The notes: a model not told the origin generated them from the sequence alone. 64,000 nucleotides of DNA from a virus (IMGVR_UViG_3300021963_000022); one strand, 5' to 3'. Counted from the first letter of the stretch, positions 1-10,377 are shown. A program made the numbers and translations.

Positions 1-21
1 CAGATTAAAGCAACAACAGGA

Positions 22-1245
22 ATGGACATTGCACTAATCGAAGAATTCGGAGAAAAACATACAGAATGGTTCTTAGAAGAATTTGAATCCTTTACTAAAC
101 GACAAGAACTAGAACGTGCAATTCTTAAGTCAGCCGATATGCTTGAGAAGGGAGATTTTGGTCCTGTTGAGAAACTAATCAAAGATGCGGTACAAATCAG
201 TTTGCAAAGAGACATGGGTACAGATTATTTCGCTGATCCTAAAAGTCGTATCAACAAATATTTTAATGCAGGTGGACAAGTTAGTACAGGTTGGCCCCAG
301 ATGGATAGATTGTTGTATGGTGGCTTTAGTCGTGGTGAATTGAATATCTTTGCAGGTGGCTCAGGTTCAGGTAAATCATTGGTCATGATGAACATTGCAT
401 TGAACTGGTTACAACAAGGATTAAGTGGTGTTTATGTTTCATTGGAACTTAGCGAAGAACTAACGTCATTGCGTACAGATGCAATGTTAACAAGTATGAG
501 TACCCGAGATATTCGTAAAGATATTGAGGGCACTGAACTTAGAGTTAAGATGGTAGGTAAGAAGTCAGGACAATATCGTGTCAAAGGTTTGCCTGCACAA
601 AGTAATGTTAATGACATTCGTTCATATTTGAAAGAAGTTCAGATTCAGACAGGAATCAAAGTTGACTTTGTAATGATTGACTATTTGGATCTCGTTATGC
701 CTGTATCAGTCAAAGTTAATCCTAACGATCAGTTTATTAAAGACAAATATGTTTCAGAAGAATTACGTAATTTAGCAAAAGAATTAGGTATTCTTATGGT
801 CACAGCATCTCAGTTAAATCGTAGTGCTGTTGAAGAAATTGAGTTCGATCATAGTCACATTGCAGGTGGTATCAGTAAGATTAATACAGCAGATAATGTG
901 TTTGGTATCTTTACAAGTCGTAGTATGCGTGAGCGTGGGAAGTATCAGATTCAATGCATGAAATCACGTAGCTCAACAGGCGTAGGTCAGAAAATTGATT
1001 TAGAATATAGTATTGATACCATGCGTATCACAGATAGCGATCCTGAGGGATATGGGGATAAGCAACAATCTCATTCAAGTCCCAATGACATTATGAGTAA
1101 ATTACGGACTCAATCTACTGTAGTTGACAATAATGTTGGATTTAATAATAAAATAGAATCAGAATTAGAACCAGTTACAAATCGTGTTATGGCAGATGTT
1201 CAGGGCAGTAAATTAAAATCAATGTTGAACAATCTTAAAAAGTGA
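22..1245 (+). CDS. gp41: DnaB/gp41-like replicative helicase (5'-truncated; frame is open from base 1)
   Basis: Walker A GGSGSGKS, Walker B region MIDYLD, TASQLNR and KSR motifs of SF4 helicases. Confidence 0.9.
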   Translation: MDIALIEEFGEKHTEWFLEEFESFTKRQELERAILKSADMLEKGDFGPVEKLIKDAVQISLQRDMGTDYFADPKSRINKYFNAGGQVSTGWPQMDRLLYGGFSRGELNIFAGGSGSGKSLVMMNIALNWLQQGLSGVYVSLELSEELTSLRTDAMLTSMSTRDIRKDIEGTELRVKMVGKKSGQYRVKGLPAQSNVNDIRSYLKEVQIQTGIKVDFVMIDYLDLVMPVSVKVNPNDQFIKDKYVSEELRNLAKELGILMVTASQLNRSAVEEIEFDHSHIAGGISKINTADNVFGIFTSRSMRERGKYQIQCMKSRSSTGVGQKIDLEYSIDTMRITDSDPEGYGDKQQSHSSPNDIMSKLRTQSTVVDNNVGFNNKIESELEPVTNRVMADVQGSKLKSMLNNLKK

Positions 1246-1251
1246 TAAATA
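1244..1251 (+). promoter_or_regulatory. late promoter box GATAAATA
   Basis: Variant of the T4 late box TATAAATA, overlapping the helicase stop and 20 nt before the next ATG. Confidence 0.65.
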
Positions 1252-1271
1252 CTCAATAGGGAATCTGCATT

Positions 1272-1520
1272 ATGCAAAAAAAGACACGTAGCCTGTTAGA
1301 AGAACTACAAGCCATTGGCGATCAAAAAGATACTAAGTACCTCATTGAGAGTCGTGCCGAGCATATTATTACCAGTGCTATCAACTTATTAGAAATGATA
1401 GGTAAGAACTATGATAATGAAAAAGCATCTATTTTAGAGAAAAAACTATTAAGTGCTATTAAATCACGTGATAAGAGCAGATTTTCTAAAAGTATAAGGA
1501 AAAATGATGAAAATCAGTGA
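1272..1520 (+). CDS. hypothetical protein
   Basis: 82-aa ORF after late box and AGGGA RBS. Confidence 0.8.
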   Translation: MQKKTRSLLEELQAIGDQKDTKYLIESRAEHIITSAINLLEMIGKNYDNEKASILEKKLLSAIKSRDKSRFSKSIRKNDENQ

Positions 1521-2574
1521 GATTAGACCAGTTGTTAAAGAAGACCTAGCCGATACAATTAAATCCGGTTTATATAAAGTAACTGGCGGTGGATTATATG
1601 GTCAGACTGGTCAACAGGCTGCACTTAAAAATAATTTCATAAAGAAATTTGCCAATCAATTAGCATTAAATGTTAAATCTTCAAAAAGTGCAGGAGTAGG
1701 TGGATTTGATTTAGATGATTATTTAAAAACATATGCCGCACAATATGGTTGGAATTTAACTCCTATAGAAATAGAGAATTTAACTAAACTTTCTACACAA
1801 GCCGGACCTAATCCAGGCGCAGGATCTTTACAAAAAGTTGCTAATTATATGTATATATTAGCAGACAAATACCGTGACTCTAGAAAAACTGGTGGTGCAC
1901 CAGAAGCTTCAGGTGGATCTACTCCGAGACGTGGTGGAGGTGGTGCACCAACTCAACCTACTGGTCCTACAACACCTAGCCCTACGACACCTACTGGTCC
2001 TACAACACCTAGCCCAACAGGACCAACGACACCTAATTCAAAAAATTCTCCTGCACTCACTTCACCGGTCGCACCTCTAAATAAACAAATAAATGCCAAA
2101 CCCGAAGCTTCAACTAGTACACCTAATCAAACTAGTGTAACTGCTGAGAAGATAATGGATGCATTGGGTCAACTATATAGGACACCAAATTCAGCTAGTG
2201 ATTTAGACAAGATTTTACGAGATGTTGCGTATCTACTAAGCAGAAAAGATGCCTCAAGATATGCTCATGTAATCAAAGATTTAACTTCAGGTATAGGTGG
2301 TTCAAGCGCAGCCGGAACTAAAGGTACACCTTATCCCGGCGATCAAGGAACACAACAAAATACTAGACCAACAAGTACTCAGTCTACTACACCCCCTAAA
2401 GATGCTGAACAATCAATGCCGGGATATAATAAAGCTGCCGATGAATTGTCACGTAAAATGAAATCTAATTTACCTAGAGATCCATCTATTTCAAAAGCAT
2501 ACCGTCCAGGTAGTAGACCACAAGATGTTAGTGATATACAACCAAAAGAGTCTAAAAAGTTTAAGAGAAGATAA
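1504..2574 (+). CDS. hypothetical P/T/G-rich protein, candidate internal head protein
   Basis: N-terminus (M)MKISEI resembles a capsid-targeting leader; low-complexity linker; TAATG overlap with next gene. Confidence 0.75.
   Translation: MMKISEIRPVVKEDLADTIKSGLYKVTGGGLYGQTGQQAALKNNFIKKFANQLALNVKSSKSAGVGGFDLDDYLKTYAAQYGWNLTPIEIENLTKLSTQAGPNPGAGSLQKVANYMYILADKYRDSRKTGGAPEASGGSTPRRGGGGAPTQPTGPTTPSPTTPTGPTTPSPTGPTTPNSKNSPALTSPVAPLNKQINAKPEASTSTPNQTSVTAEKIMDALGQLYRTPNSASDLDKILRDVAYLLSRKDASRYAHVIKDLTSGIGGSSAAGTKGTPYPGDQGTQQNTRPTSTQSTTPPKDAEQSMPGYNKAADELSRKMKSNLPRDPSISKAYRPGSRPQDVSDIQPKESKKFKRR
1957..2015 (+). repeat. coding direct repeat CCTACTGGTCCTACAACACCTAGCCC x2 (33-nt period, PTGPTTPS)
   Basis: Exact 26-nt copies at 1957-1982 and 1990-2015. 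Confidence 0.9.
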
Positions 2575-3881
2575 TGGATCTAAGTAACATTGTTGATAAA
2601 CTTTCAGCACTACTATTGACTGAGGCTGAATTAGCCAAAGCTCATTTAACGCATCCTGAAGATATTGTTATCATGCAAGGTAGTCGAGGGCTAGATACCG
2701 CATTGAAACACATGACAGCTACTATACAACAGCCAGATCAAGCTACAATCAAATGGGACGGTAGTCCTGCATTGATATTTGGATACGGTCCTGATGGTAA
2801 ATTCAGAGTCATGGACAAGCATATGTTTGACAAAGTAGATGACAGTGGTAGAAATGTATTCAGCCCTAAACAGTTTGCACAATATGATGTTAACAGAGGT
2901 GTAGACAGGGGTACTATGATACAGGATGTTACTAATCTATGGCCTGGATTACAAAAAGCAACTCCTAAAACACTAGGGTATTATTGGGGTGATGTACTGT
3001 TTGGTGCTCCGTTAGCAGACACAAATGGATTCTATATTTTTAGACCTAATCCTACAGGTATTGAGTACAAGATTCAAGCAAATAGTGATTTTGCAAAACA
3101 ACACATAACAGGTAAACGTGCTGGTATAGCTATACATCAGTTCATACCTGCTGATGCACATCAAAAAGCAATAGAAGCTACACAAGAAGCTAGACGACAG
3201 GGTAAAAAAGAAACGTACAAAGCAACTGATTTTGCACAATCACTCAATGGTAGCTTAGGACAACTTCAAGTTCCACCAAAGTCTAGTATAGCTATACTTC
3301 CTAGTAAGATGGCAATCACTCCTGAAATGAATTCCGGAGGATGGGATGATGCTATTGAACGAGTTAAGAAAATGTTAGCACCACTAGCTCCTAGCATTGA
3401 CAAGTTTGTAGCTGGAATACCCTTAGCCAACAAAACAACAAATGATGCTTTCCGTGGATTTCTTACCAGCTATATTAACTATGAAGTACGAAAGATTGCA
3501 CCTAGCTTAAGTGCTAGTCAAACACCCAAACAACGTGATGCTGTTATCAATAATGCATTAAAGATGATGGGTAAAGATTTTATGAACTATGTTCAAACAA
3601 AATTAGCTACTGCAAAGATGACAGATAACAATAAACAAATGATATTGAATCACATCCAAGCTAATCAAAAAGGTATGCTATATTTGTATAGAGTTTGGGG
3701 TGAGATATACAAGTTAAAAATGCACATATATAATGACTTAGACATTGCTGGGAAGCAAAGTCCAGTCAAGGGATACTTACAGGGTGGTGCAGAGAGCCAA
3801 GAAGGCTATGTAGCACACGGTGTCAAATATGTAGACCGTTTGGGTGGTTTTAGCGCACAGCACTTAGCTGGACGTGGCTAA
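2574..3881 (+). CDS. ligase-like covalent nucleotidyltransferase
   Basis: KWDG (motif I KxDG), WGD (motif III-like), QEGYV (motif IV) and a following Lys (motif V-like). Confidence 0.6.
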   Translation: MDLSNIVDKLSALLLTEAELAKAHLTHPEDIVIMQGSRGLDTALKHMTATIQQPDQATIKWDGSPALIFGYGPDGKFRVMDKHMFDKVDDSGRNVFSPKQFAQYDVNRGVDRGTMIQDVTNLWPGLQKATPKTLGYYWGDVLFGAPLADTNGFYIFRPNPTGIEYKIQANSDFAKQHITGKRAGIAIHQFIPADAHQKAIEATQEARRQGKKETYKATDFAQSLNGSLGQLQVPPKSSIAILPSKMAITPEMNSGGWDDAIERVKKMLAPLAPSIDKFVAGIPLANKTTNDAFRGFLTSYINYEVRKIAPSLSASQTPKQRDAVINNALKMMGKDFMNYVQTKLATAKMTDNNKQMILNHIQANQKGMLYLYRVWGEIYKLKMHIYNDLDIAGKQSPVKGYLQGGAESQEGYVAHGVKYVDRLGGFSAQHLAGRG

Positions 3882-3915
3882 AGTTAACCCAAAACCAACA
3901 TTTTTTTGTACCTGG

Positions 3916-3949
3916 CATAAATAAAAGTAGAGTCTATATGACTCATACT
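3916..3949 (+). promoter_or_regulatory. late box CATAAATA followed by a 5' leader hairpin
   Basis: CATAAATA 3916-3923; AGTA-GAGTC/TATAT/GACTC-A-TACT stem-loop 3926-3949. Confidence 0.6.
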
Positions 3950-3966
3950 TTTAAAGGAAAAATATC

Positions 3967-4320
3967 ATGGCATCAACAACACGTACACATGGCGACTTTA
4001 AGCCAGTAATGAATTATGACACAGCTAGCTATACAGTTGGCGCAGTTAACGCAGCTACATCGGCAGCCACAGTTCAACCACAAGGTCCTAAATTAGACTT
4101 TTTTACTATCGCTTTAGCTAATGTGGCTACTAGCGGCGCAGTATTAAAGGGAGCTATGGATGCAATTCAGCAATTAGCTACTGTATACATCTATGAAGTT
4201 ACAGACGCCTCTACTGACACTCTAGCAATTGCAGTATACCCAACAGGTGCTTGGACAACAGGTACATTGGATACTGCAACAGGCGGGACAACATCTAACG
4301 GTGCAACTTTCACAAACTAA
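3967..4320 (+). CDS. small, probably abundant virion protein
   Basis: Own late promoter, AAAGGA RBS and own terminator; Ala/Thr-rich. Confidence 0.7.
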   Translation: MASTTRTHGDFKPVMNYDTASYTVGAVNAATSAATVQPQGPKLDFFTIALANVATSGAVLKGAMDAIQQLATVYIYEVTDASTDTLAIAVYPTGAWTTGTLDTATGGTTSNGATFTN

Positions 4321-4334
4321 TCTTTAGTTTACTT

Positions 4335-4362
4335 AAAAAACCCGAGTCTCTCGGGTTTTTTT
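4335..4362 (+). terminator. intrinsic terminator
   Basis: AAAAAACCCGAG-TCT-CTCGGGTTTTTTT. Confidence 0.9.
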
Positions 4363-4410
4363 GTGGCTATAACTTAATATTCTAATTCACCTATTTTCAA
4401 TAAATACAGC

Positions 4411-4872
4411 ATGACTACTAAAATTAGATGCCACACATTATTTGATATTACAAATACTGGTGTATTAAATAGAAAACCACCATCTAACTTAGATGAGAAT
4501 GCTTTGAAGCGATGGAATAATGATAGAAACCGTCAATGTAATTTTGACACAGTACTGCAAGTTATATCATTGCGCTCACAACCTGAAGACATAACAGTAC
4601 CTGAAAAACAAGATATTACATTTACAGAGTTTCAGCATTTTGGATTTTTGTTTGATTCTACTGAAGATAAACCTGTACCTAAATGGGCATTTAATTTCAC
4701 TGTAAATTACTATAGTGTATTTGACGATGGGATAACAGAATTAGGAGCATTGTACACTGACTGTGATAGCGTACCAATGCTTACTAAATTGAATGAGTGG
4801 GACAAGTTACCTAATTTCTTAGATATAAGTCCTGAGCTTAAAAATATATACTTTGAGGTGTTACATGATTGA
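4411..4872 (+). CDS. hypothetical protein
   Basis: 153-aa ORF just after AATAAATA (4399-4406). Confidence 0.8.
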   Translation: MTTKIRCHTLFDITNTGVLNRKPPSNLDENALKRWNNDRNRQCNFDTVLQVISLRSQPEDITVPEKQDITFTEFQHFGFLFDSTEDKPVPKWAFNFTVNYYSVFDDGITELGALYTDCDSVPMLTKLNEWDKLPNFLDISPELKNIYFEVLHD

Positions 4873-5344
4873 TGAAAATAAGCTGTTCACAGCACTAACT
4901 AACATTATTAGTTCTCCTAGAACAACAAAACTACTCAAGTCATTGATACTGCCCAATGGTAATGGGGAATATTTGTTGTTTGGTATATATGTGATACTTA
5001 AAGAAAGAGATTGTTATAGCGTACATATAGGAAATGAACAGATTAACACTTTCAGCGACTTAAAGACGGCAGTAACATGGGCTACTATGGATCATAGAAA
5101 TCTTATAATGGAATCTAATAAAGTCAGTATGCTTGATAAGCAAATAAATAGTTCTGAATTCAATATAGAGTTATACAAAAAAATGTACAAAAAATCCAAA
5201 GATGTAGATATGAAAGCTATCTACTTGAATAAGTTACAGACCAACACTATAAAGAAAAAAGAATTAACATGTGAATTGGACCTTCATATAAGAAAAATGC
5301 AAAAGTGGCAGCAGAGCAAATTTGCCGAGCAAACCACAAAATAA
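4865..5344 (+). CDS. hypothetical protein
   Basis: ATG at 4865 overlaps the upstream stop; 159 aa. Confidence 0.75.
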   Translation: MIDENKLFTALTNIISSPRTTKLLKSLILPNGNGEYLLFGIYVILKERDCYSVHIGNEQINTFSDLKTAVTWATMDHRNLIMESNKVSMLDKQINSSEFNIELYKKMYKKSKDVDMKAIYLNKLQTNTIKKKELTCELDLHIRKMQKWQQSKFAEQTTK

Positions 5345-5387
5345 TTCAAAACTGATAAATACAATATTAGTACTCTGGGAAAACACT

Positions 5388-6143
5388 ATGAAACTTACAG
5401 AATTTAACATGAAACCAAGTTTAATGGCTAAGCAAGCCTTAAAAGAACAATTTAACCAAACATTCAGTGTGGATAAGTTAGGACCTTTTGAGACTAAGCG
5501 TATGCTAAACAAGGTACGAGGCTTGATTAACGAGACCAAATCCAATAAAAGCGGAGTTGGTACAGAAAAGAATTCAGCGTATCTTAAATTGATATTCATG
5601 GAACAAGCATTAACTCATCACTACGGTGAACTTAAAGCAATGCCTATGTACAATCAACGCATCGTTGTAGAAAACGAAGAAGTTGAGAAGTCACAGGTTG
5701 TTTTAGCCGCACAAGAAATGGTCGATGCAATGCAAAAAATGATTGAGCAAGTATCTGACATGCTAGTCAAAGAACTACCTGCAGTTGTTGACGGTGTCAA
5801 CAGCGAGTTTGGTACAAGCGAAGGTGAGCAATTTAACAGCCAAGTATCCGAAGCATTGAGCGCATTACAACAATCACTAACACAATCTAAAACAGGATTG
5901 CAAGGTGCACTAGGTTCTATCACTGGTCAAGGTGGTGGTTTCGGTGGTGGAGAAATGGGTGGTGACATGGGTGGTGACATGGGTGGTGACATGGGTGGTG
6001 ACATGGGTGCTGATATGGGCGGGCAAGACATGTCAGGTGACGACCTTGAAGTCGGTGGTGATATGGGAGCAGATGCTGGTCCTGAATTACCAGAAGAGCC
6101 TGAAGAAGAACCAGAATCTCCAGTCGGCAGAGCTAAACGCTAA
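5388..6143 (+). CDS. putative head core/scaffold-like coiled-coil protein
   Basis: GATAAATA at 5354-5361; start MKLTEF; helical body and acidic Gly/Met/Asp tail. Function is inferred. Confidence 0.6.
   Translation: MKLTEFNMKPSLMAKQALKEQFNQTFSVDKLGPFETKRMLNKVRGLINETKSNKSGVGTEKNSAYLKLIFMEQALTHHYGELKAMPMYNQRIVVENEEVEKSQVVLAAQEMVDAMQKMIEQVSDMLVKELPAVVDGVNSEFGTSEGEQFNSQVSEALSALQQSLTQSKTGLQGALGSITGQGGGFGGGEMGGDMGGDMGGDMGGDMGADMGGQDMSGDDLEVGGDMGADAGPELPEEPEEEPESPVGRAKR
5955..6014 (+). repeat. 12-bp tandem repeat ATGGGTGGTGAC x4 plus one degenerate copy (MGGD)n
   Basis: Perfect copies at 5955-6002. Confidence 0.95.
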
Positions 6144-6144
6144 A

Positions 6145-6465
6145 ATGAGAATATACGAATTCGCGGATAATGATCCGTTGCGTGTTAAGTTGACGGCAGT
6201 TACTAGTCAACTTAAAAGCCTATTTCAAGGTTCGCAACAACCATTATCAACAGACGAATTCTTAAGAATGTTAAAAGATCAGGGTGTTGCACTAGGCAAA
6301 TCTGATCTTTTTGATATCGTAAAAAAAGAGCCACTTAAAAATATCATAGCTGATATTAACGATGACACAGTTACATTTAAGGGCGATGAACAAATTGGAC
6401 CAGATCCGAGCCCGGACGAAAACGAAAAAATTCGTAAACAAATGGCAAACAAAGCATTAAATTGA
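6145..6465 (+). CDS. hypothetical protein (true start MRIYEF)
   Basis: ATG one base after the upstream stop; the listed extension to 5932 only reads the tandem repeat out of frame. Confidence 0.8.
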   Translation: MRIYEFADNDPLRVKLTAVTSQLKSLFQGSQQPLSTDEFLRMLKDQGVALGKSDLFDIVKKEPLKNIIADINDDTVTFKGDEQIGPDPSPDENEKIRKQMANKALN

Positions 6466-6474
6466 CCTTTTAGA

Positions 6475-6503
6475 TTGTATTACATGTAAAAGTGTAGTAC
6501 AAT
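6475..6503 (+). promoter_or_regulatory. sigma70-like promoter
   Basis: TTGTAT-17 nt-TACAAT upstream of the exonuclease. Confidence 0.6.
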
Positions 6504-6509
6504 TACCAT

Positions 6510-7196
6510 ATGTACATACCAAATAAATATAACTACGTTCCCATGAGTAGAGTGGAAGTAGACGGCAAACGCCGCTATGCTACTCCGGATGGTGAAAAAC
6601 TACCCAGTGTTACTACTGTATTAGAAGCTACTAAAAGTGAAGAAAGTAAAAAAGCTTTGCAAGAGTGGCGTAACCGAGTAGGACATCAAAAAGCACAAGA
6701 GATTACAACTGAAGCCGCAGGCCGTGGAACACGAATGCACAAATGGCTTGAGAATTATATTAAGACAGGAGCAACAGGTGAGCCCGGAAGCAATCCGTAT
6801 AGCTTGCAAAGCCATATTATGGCGCAAACTATCATTAATCAAGGTCTTGTTAACTGCAGTGAATGGTGGGGTACAGAAGTGCCGCTCTACTTTCCGAAGA
6901 TTTATGCAGGGACGACAGACTTAGTAGGTATACATGATGGCAACGAAGCTATCATGGATCATAAACAAACTAATAAACCTAAAAAGCGTGAGTGGATCGA
7001 AGACTACTTTGTTCAATTAGCAGCCTATGCTAACGCACATAATGAAGTACACGGTACAAAGATACGTAAAGGTGTCATTTTCATGTGTTCTGCTGACAAT
7101 ATCTATCAGGAGTTTATCTTAGAAGGCTCTGAGTTCGACAAATATTCTACTGTCTGGTTCGAACGTTTAGACAAATACTATTCACAGTTCCTATAA
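6510..7196 (+). CDS. PD-(D/E)xK exonuclease (Cas4/MGME1-like)
   Basis: PSVTTVL, GTRMH, E..L, AGTTDL and DHKQ motifs, QLAAY. Confidence 0.85.
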   Translation: MYIPNKYNYVPMSRVEVDGKRRYATPDGEKLPSVTTVLEATKSEESKKALQEWRNRVGHQKAQEITTEAAGRGTRMHKWLENYIKTGATGEPGSNPYSLQSHIMAQTIINQGLVNCSEWWGTEVPLYFPKIYAGTTDLVGIHDGNEAIMDHKQTNKPKKREWIEDYFVQLAAYANAHNEVHGTKIRKGVIFMCSADNIYQEFILEGSEFDKYSTVWFERLDKYYSQFL

Positions 7197-7201
7197 TAGT
7201 T

Positions 7202-7209
7202 GATAAATA
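7202..7209 (+). promoter_or_regulatory. late promoter box GATAAATA
   Basis: 24 nt before the fibre gene ATG. Confidence 0.65.
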
Positions 7210-7233
7210 GTATAATCATATAAAGATTATACT

Positions 7234-10200
7234 ATGGCTATCGTACAAATCTCCAAAATTCAACACCGTACAGGTGCAAACGTTGACTTACCCCAATTAG
7301 ATATCGGGGAGATCGGTTTTGCAACTGATGACAGGCGTATATATATAGGTAACGATCCTGTAATACATCCTGCCGCTAATTCAAGTACTACTACACAAAC
7401 AGAAATTCTCACTGAGGTTAGTAATTTAAGTTTCGGAAAAATTACAGGTACTGGTAACGGCAATATTAATTTATCAAACGTTGTTCCCGGGCAGTTAGTT
7501 GTTGCTAAAAACATCGCAAACTCTACTAACTTAGAGTGGGTTAATGCAGGTGGAAACGCTAAACAGCCTGGTAATACTAGTCAATATAATAATGTTAATG
7601 TTCACTTAGGTCATGCTGACTACGTTAAGTTAGGCGGCGGTACTAACGGTTATATATTACAAACAGACGGTACAGGTAACTTAACTTGGGCAGCATTCTT
7701 AACTGGCAACGTTGTTTCTGGAACACCAGGTGGTGCTAACAGTCAAATTCAATACAATCAAGGTGGTACTACCTTTGGTGGTAGTTCCGGCTTTGTATAC
7801 AATGAAGTTACCGGCGAACTTACTAACGCCGGTAATATTAATGTTACATCAGGTAATATATACGGTAATTTGATAGGTCCACATAACGGTACAGTGGGTG
7901 CAGGTACACCTAACACAGGTGCATTCACTAGTATTATTGTAGCTAATAATGCAACTATTACAGGAAACATTACTGGTGGCAACGCTAATATTTCAGGTAG
8001 AATAGCAGTAACAGGTAATGCTAACGTCGGTAATTTATTCAGTACTGGTTTAGCAAACGTAGGTAATCTTAGAGTTACAAGTCGTGTACAATCTAACCTA
8101 GTCCCTTCATCTGATGAAACTTTTGACTTGGGTTCTAGTTCACTTAAGTGGAGAGATTTGTATCTAAGTGGAACTACAATCAACTTAGGAACACAAAATA
8201 TTTCATCTAACACTAATGGTGTTAGTATAACAGGTAACTTGTATCTTTCAACTAACACTATCAATGTTGCATCAGTAACTGCAAATACAGTAAGCGGTAC
8301 ATTAACTACAGCCGCACAGCCTAACATTACTAGTATTGGTAATCTAAGCACATTAGCTGTAGATGGTATTAGTTATTTAGGTAATGCAGCCAATGTTAGA
8401 ATTTCAGGTGGTGTTAATGGTTATGTGTTAACTACTAATGGATTAGGTGGGCTATCATGGGAGCCGGCATTAGCTACTTCTACACCACCGGGCGGTTCAA
8501 ACACATTCATTCAATTCAACAATAATGGGTCATTCGGTGGCGACGCCGCATTAACATATGATCCTATAAATTTCTTAGCAACTGTACCAAATATAACTGT
8601 TAATGGTATACTACAGACAGCTAGCGTTTCTAACGTTAAGATACCCGGCGGTACTAGTGGTCAATTCTTAAGAACAAATGGTGCAGGTACTTTAACATGG
8701 GCTACACCTGGTGGTGGTGGTGGCACACCCGGCGGTGCTAATAGCGAAATTCAATTTAATGATGCTGGTGCATTTGGTGCAAGTTCAGCCTTCACTTTCA
8801 ATAGTGGTTCAAATACATTAACAGTAGCTAACATAGCAGGTACTATTACAACAGCCGCACAGCCTAATATTACTAGTGTGGGTAACTTAACAAGTTTAAT
8901 TGTCACTGGTAATATCACTGCAGGTAATTTAAGTGGTGCAAATGCAGTTGTTGCTAACTTCTTTGTTGGTAGTGGTGCTAATCTAACTAATATCAATGGC
9001 GCTAATGTAGGACAAGTTGCAAATGCAAACTTTGCGTCATATGCAGGCTCTGCTAATTCTGCATTAGTTGCAAATACAGTTAATGATAATGCTCAACCTA
9101 ATATAACTAGTTTAGGTACATTATCTAACTTAACTGTATCAGGTATTACCACACTGGGTAATGTAGGTAATGTTAATATTACGGGTGGAGCAAATGGTCA
9201 ATTCTTAAGAACAGATGGAACCGGCAATTTAACTTGGGTATCGGCTCAATCTCCTGACTCTAACGCAAATTCTGTACAGTTTAATGTAAGTGGTGCATTT
9301 ACTGGTAGTGCAGACTTTACATTTAACAATTCTACAAACACATTAGCAGTAACCTTAATGACTGGTACGCTAACAACTAATGCACAACCTAATATCACTA
9401 GTGTAGGTAACTTAACAAACTTGACAGTAACTGGTAATATTACTGGTGGTAATGCTAACTTAGGTAATGCAGTTATTGCTAACTTCTTTATCGGTAGCGG
9501 TGCTAATTTAATAAACTTGCCTGCAGGTAACATATTAGGTGCAGTATCTAACGCTGATATTGCAAATACTGTTTCAGTAAATGCACAGCCTAACATTACT
9601 AGTCTTGGTAATCTAACAGTGTTAGAAGTAACCGGTAATGCTAATATCGGTAACATCGAAACAGTTAATATTGTAACTGCAAATTACTTGTATGGTGATG
9701 GTAGCAACATAACCGGTATTGATGGAAATGCTATTAGCGGTGACGTAGCAAACGCAAACTATTCTGCGTATGCTGGATATGTTACAGGAGCACAACAAAG
9801 TAATATTACTAGTGTAGGTAACTTAACTTCATTACGTATATCAGGCACAAATAGTATAAATTCAACTGATGCTTTGATATTAGATGGTTCAGTGACCAAT
9901 ATGTATATATCGACTGATCCTACTGGATTCAGTATACTTGATAAGCCTGCACATTCAGGTTCAGGTATATTAGTATTTGATGCATTAGTAGGGATAGTAC
10001 CATTACAAGCTGCAGGCTTTGGAGCTCCCCAGTTAGCAAATACTGCTAACACGGATGCAATAGTATTAGCAAAGAATGATTCAACAGCACCTAACTCACA
10101 TTCGTTTATTCCAGTAAGCGACTTTACTACTAACTTGGGTGATAGTGAGGATGAAGCATTAGGTAGTTCATTCTTTAGAAATGCATACTTAGCTAGTGTT

Positions 10201-10374
10201 GTGATTAAAGATACATCTGATGCAAATACTTCTAACTGGCCAACAGCACCTAACTGGCAACTATTAGGTGGGGCAGATGGATTGTATATTACAGATGGCT
10301 TCGGTGTCTATAAAATAACAGTTGGAGTTGATGTAGCCGGTAATGTAGGCGTTCCGGTACCAATTGCTAGATAA
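7234..10374 (+). CDS. long fibre-like virion protein
   Basis: N-terminal LxxGEIGFATDxRRIYIG anchor motif; repeated TxAQPNITSVGNL, PGGxNxxIQFN and LRTDGxGNLTW modules; G/N/T-rich. Confidence 0.8.
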   Translation: MAIVQISKIQHRTGANVDLPQLDIGEIGFATDDRRIYIGNDPVIHPAANSSTTTQTEILTEVSNLSFGKITGTGNGNINLSNVVPGQLVVAKNIANSTNLEWVNAGGNAKQPGNTSQYNNVNVHLGHADYVKLGGGTNGYILQTDGTGNLTWAAFLTGNVVSGTPGGANSQIQYNQGGTTFGGSSGFVYNEVTGELTNAGNINVTSGNIYGNLIGPHNGTVGAGTPNTGAFTSIIVANNATITGNITGGNANISGRIAVTGNANVGNLFSTGLANVGNLRVTSRVQSNLVPSSDETFDLGSSSLKWRDLYLSGTTINLGTQNISSNTNGVSITGNLYLSTNTINVASVTANTVSGTLTTAAQPNITSIGNLSTLAVDGISYLGNAANVRISGGVNGYVLTTNGLGGLSWEPALATSTPPGGSNTFIQFNNNGSFGGDAALTYDPINFLATVPNITVNGILQTASVSNVKIPGGTSGQFLRTNGAGTLTWATPGGGGGTPGGANSEIQFNDAGAFGASSAFTFNSGSNTLTVANIAGTITTAAQPNITSVGNLTSLIVTGNITAGNLSGANAVVANFFVGSGANLTNINGANVGQVANANFASYAGSANSALVANTVNDNAQPNITSLGTLSNLTVSGITTLGNVGNVNITGGANGQFLRTDGTGNLTWVSAQSPDSNANSVQFNVSGAFTGSADFTFNNSTNTLAVTLMTGTLTTNAQPNITSVGNLTNLTVTGNITGGNANLGNAVIANFFIGSGANLINLPAGNILGAVSNADIANTVSVNAQPNITSLGNLTVLEVTGNANIGNIETVNIVTANYLYGDGSNITGIDGNAISGDVANANYSAYAGYVTGAQQSNITSVGNLTSLRISGTNSINSTDALILDGSVTNMYISTDPTGFSILDKPAHSGSGILVFDALVGIVPLQAAGFGAPQLANTANTDAIVLAKNDSTAPNSHSFIPVSDFTTNLGDSEDEALGSSFFRNAYLASVVIKDTSDANTSNWPTAPNWQLLGGADGLYITDGFGVYKITVGVDVAGNVGVPVPIAR

Positions 10375-10377
10375 TTA

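Noticed and set aside
5932-6144. N-terminal WVVT repeats of the listed 177-aa ORF
   Set aside because: Out-of-frame reading of the MGGD tandem repeat; the real start is 6145.
7260-10052. Long antisense ORFs over fibre genes (also at 31000-34602 and 53846-57581)
   Set aside because: Shadow frames of G/N/T/A-rich repetitive genes, with no RBS or promoter support.
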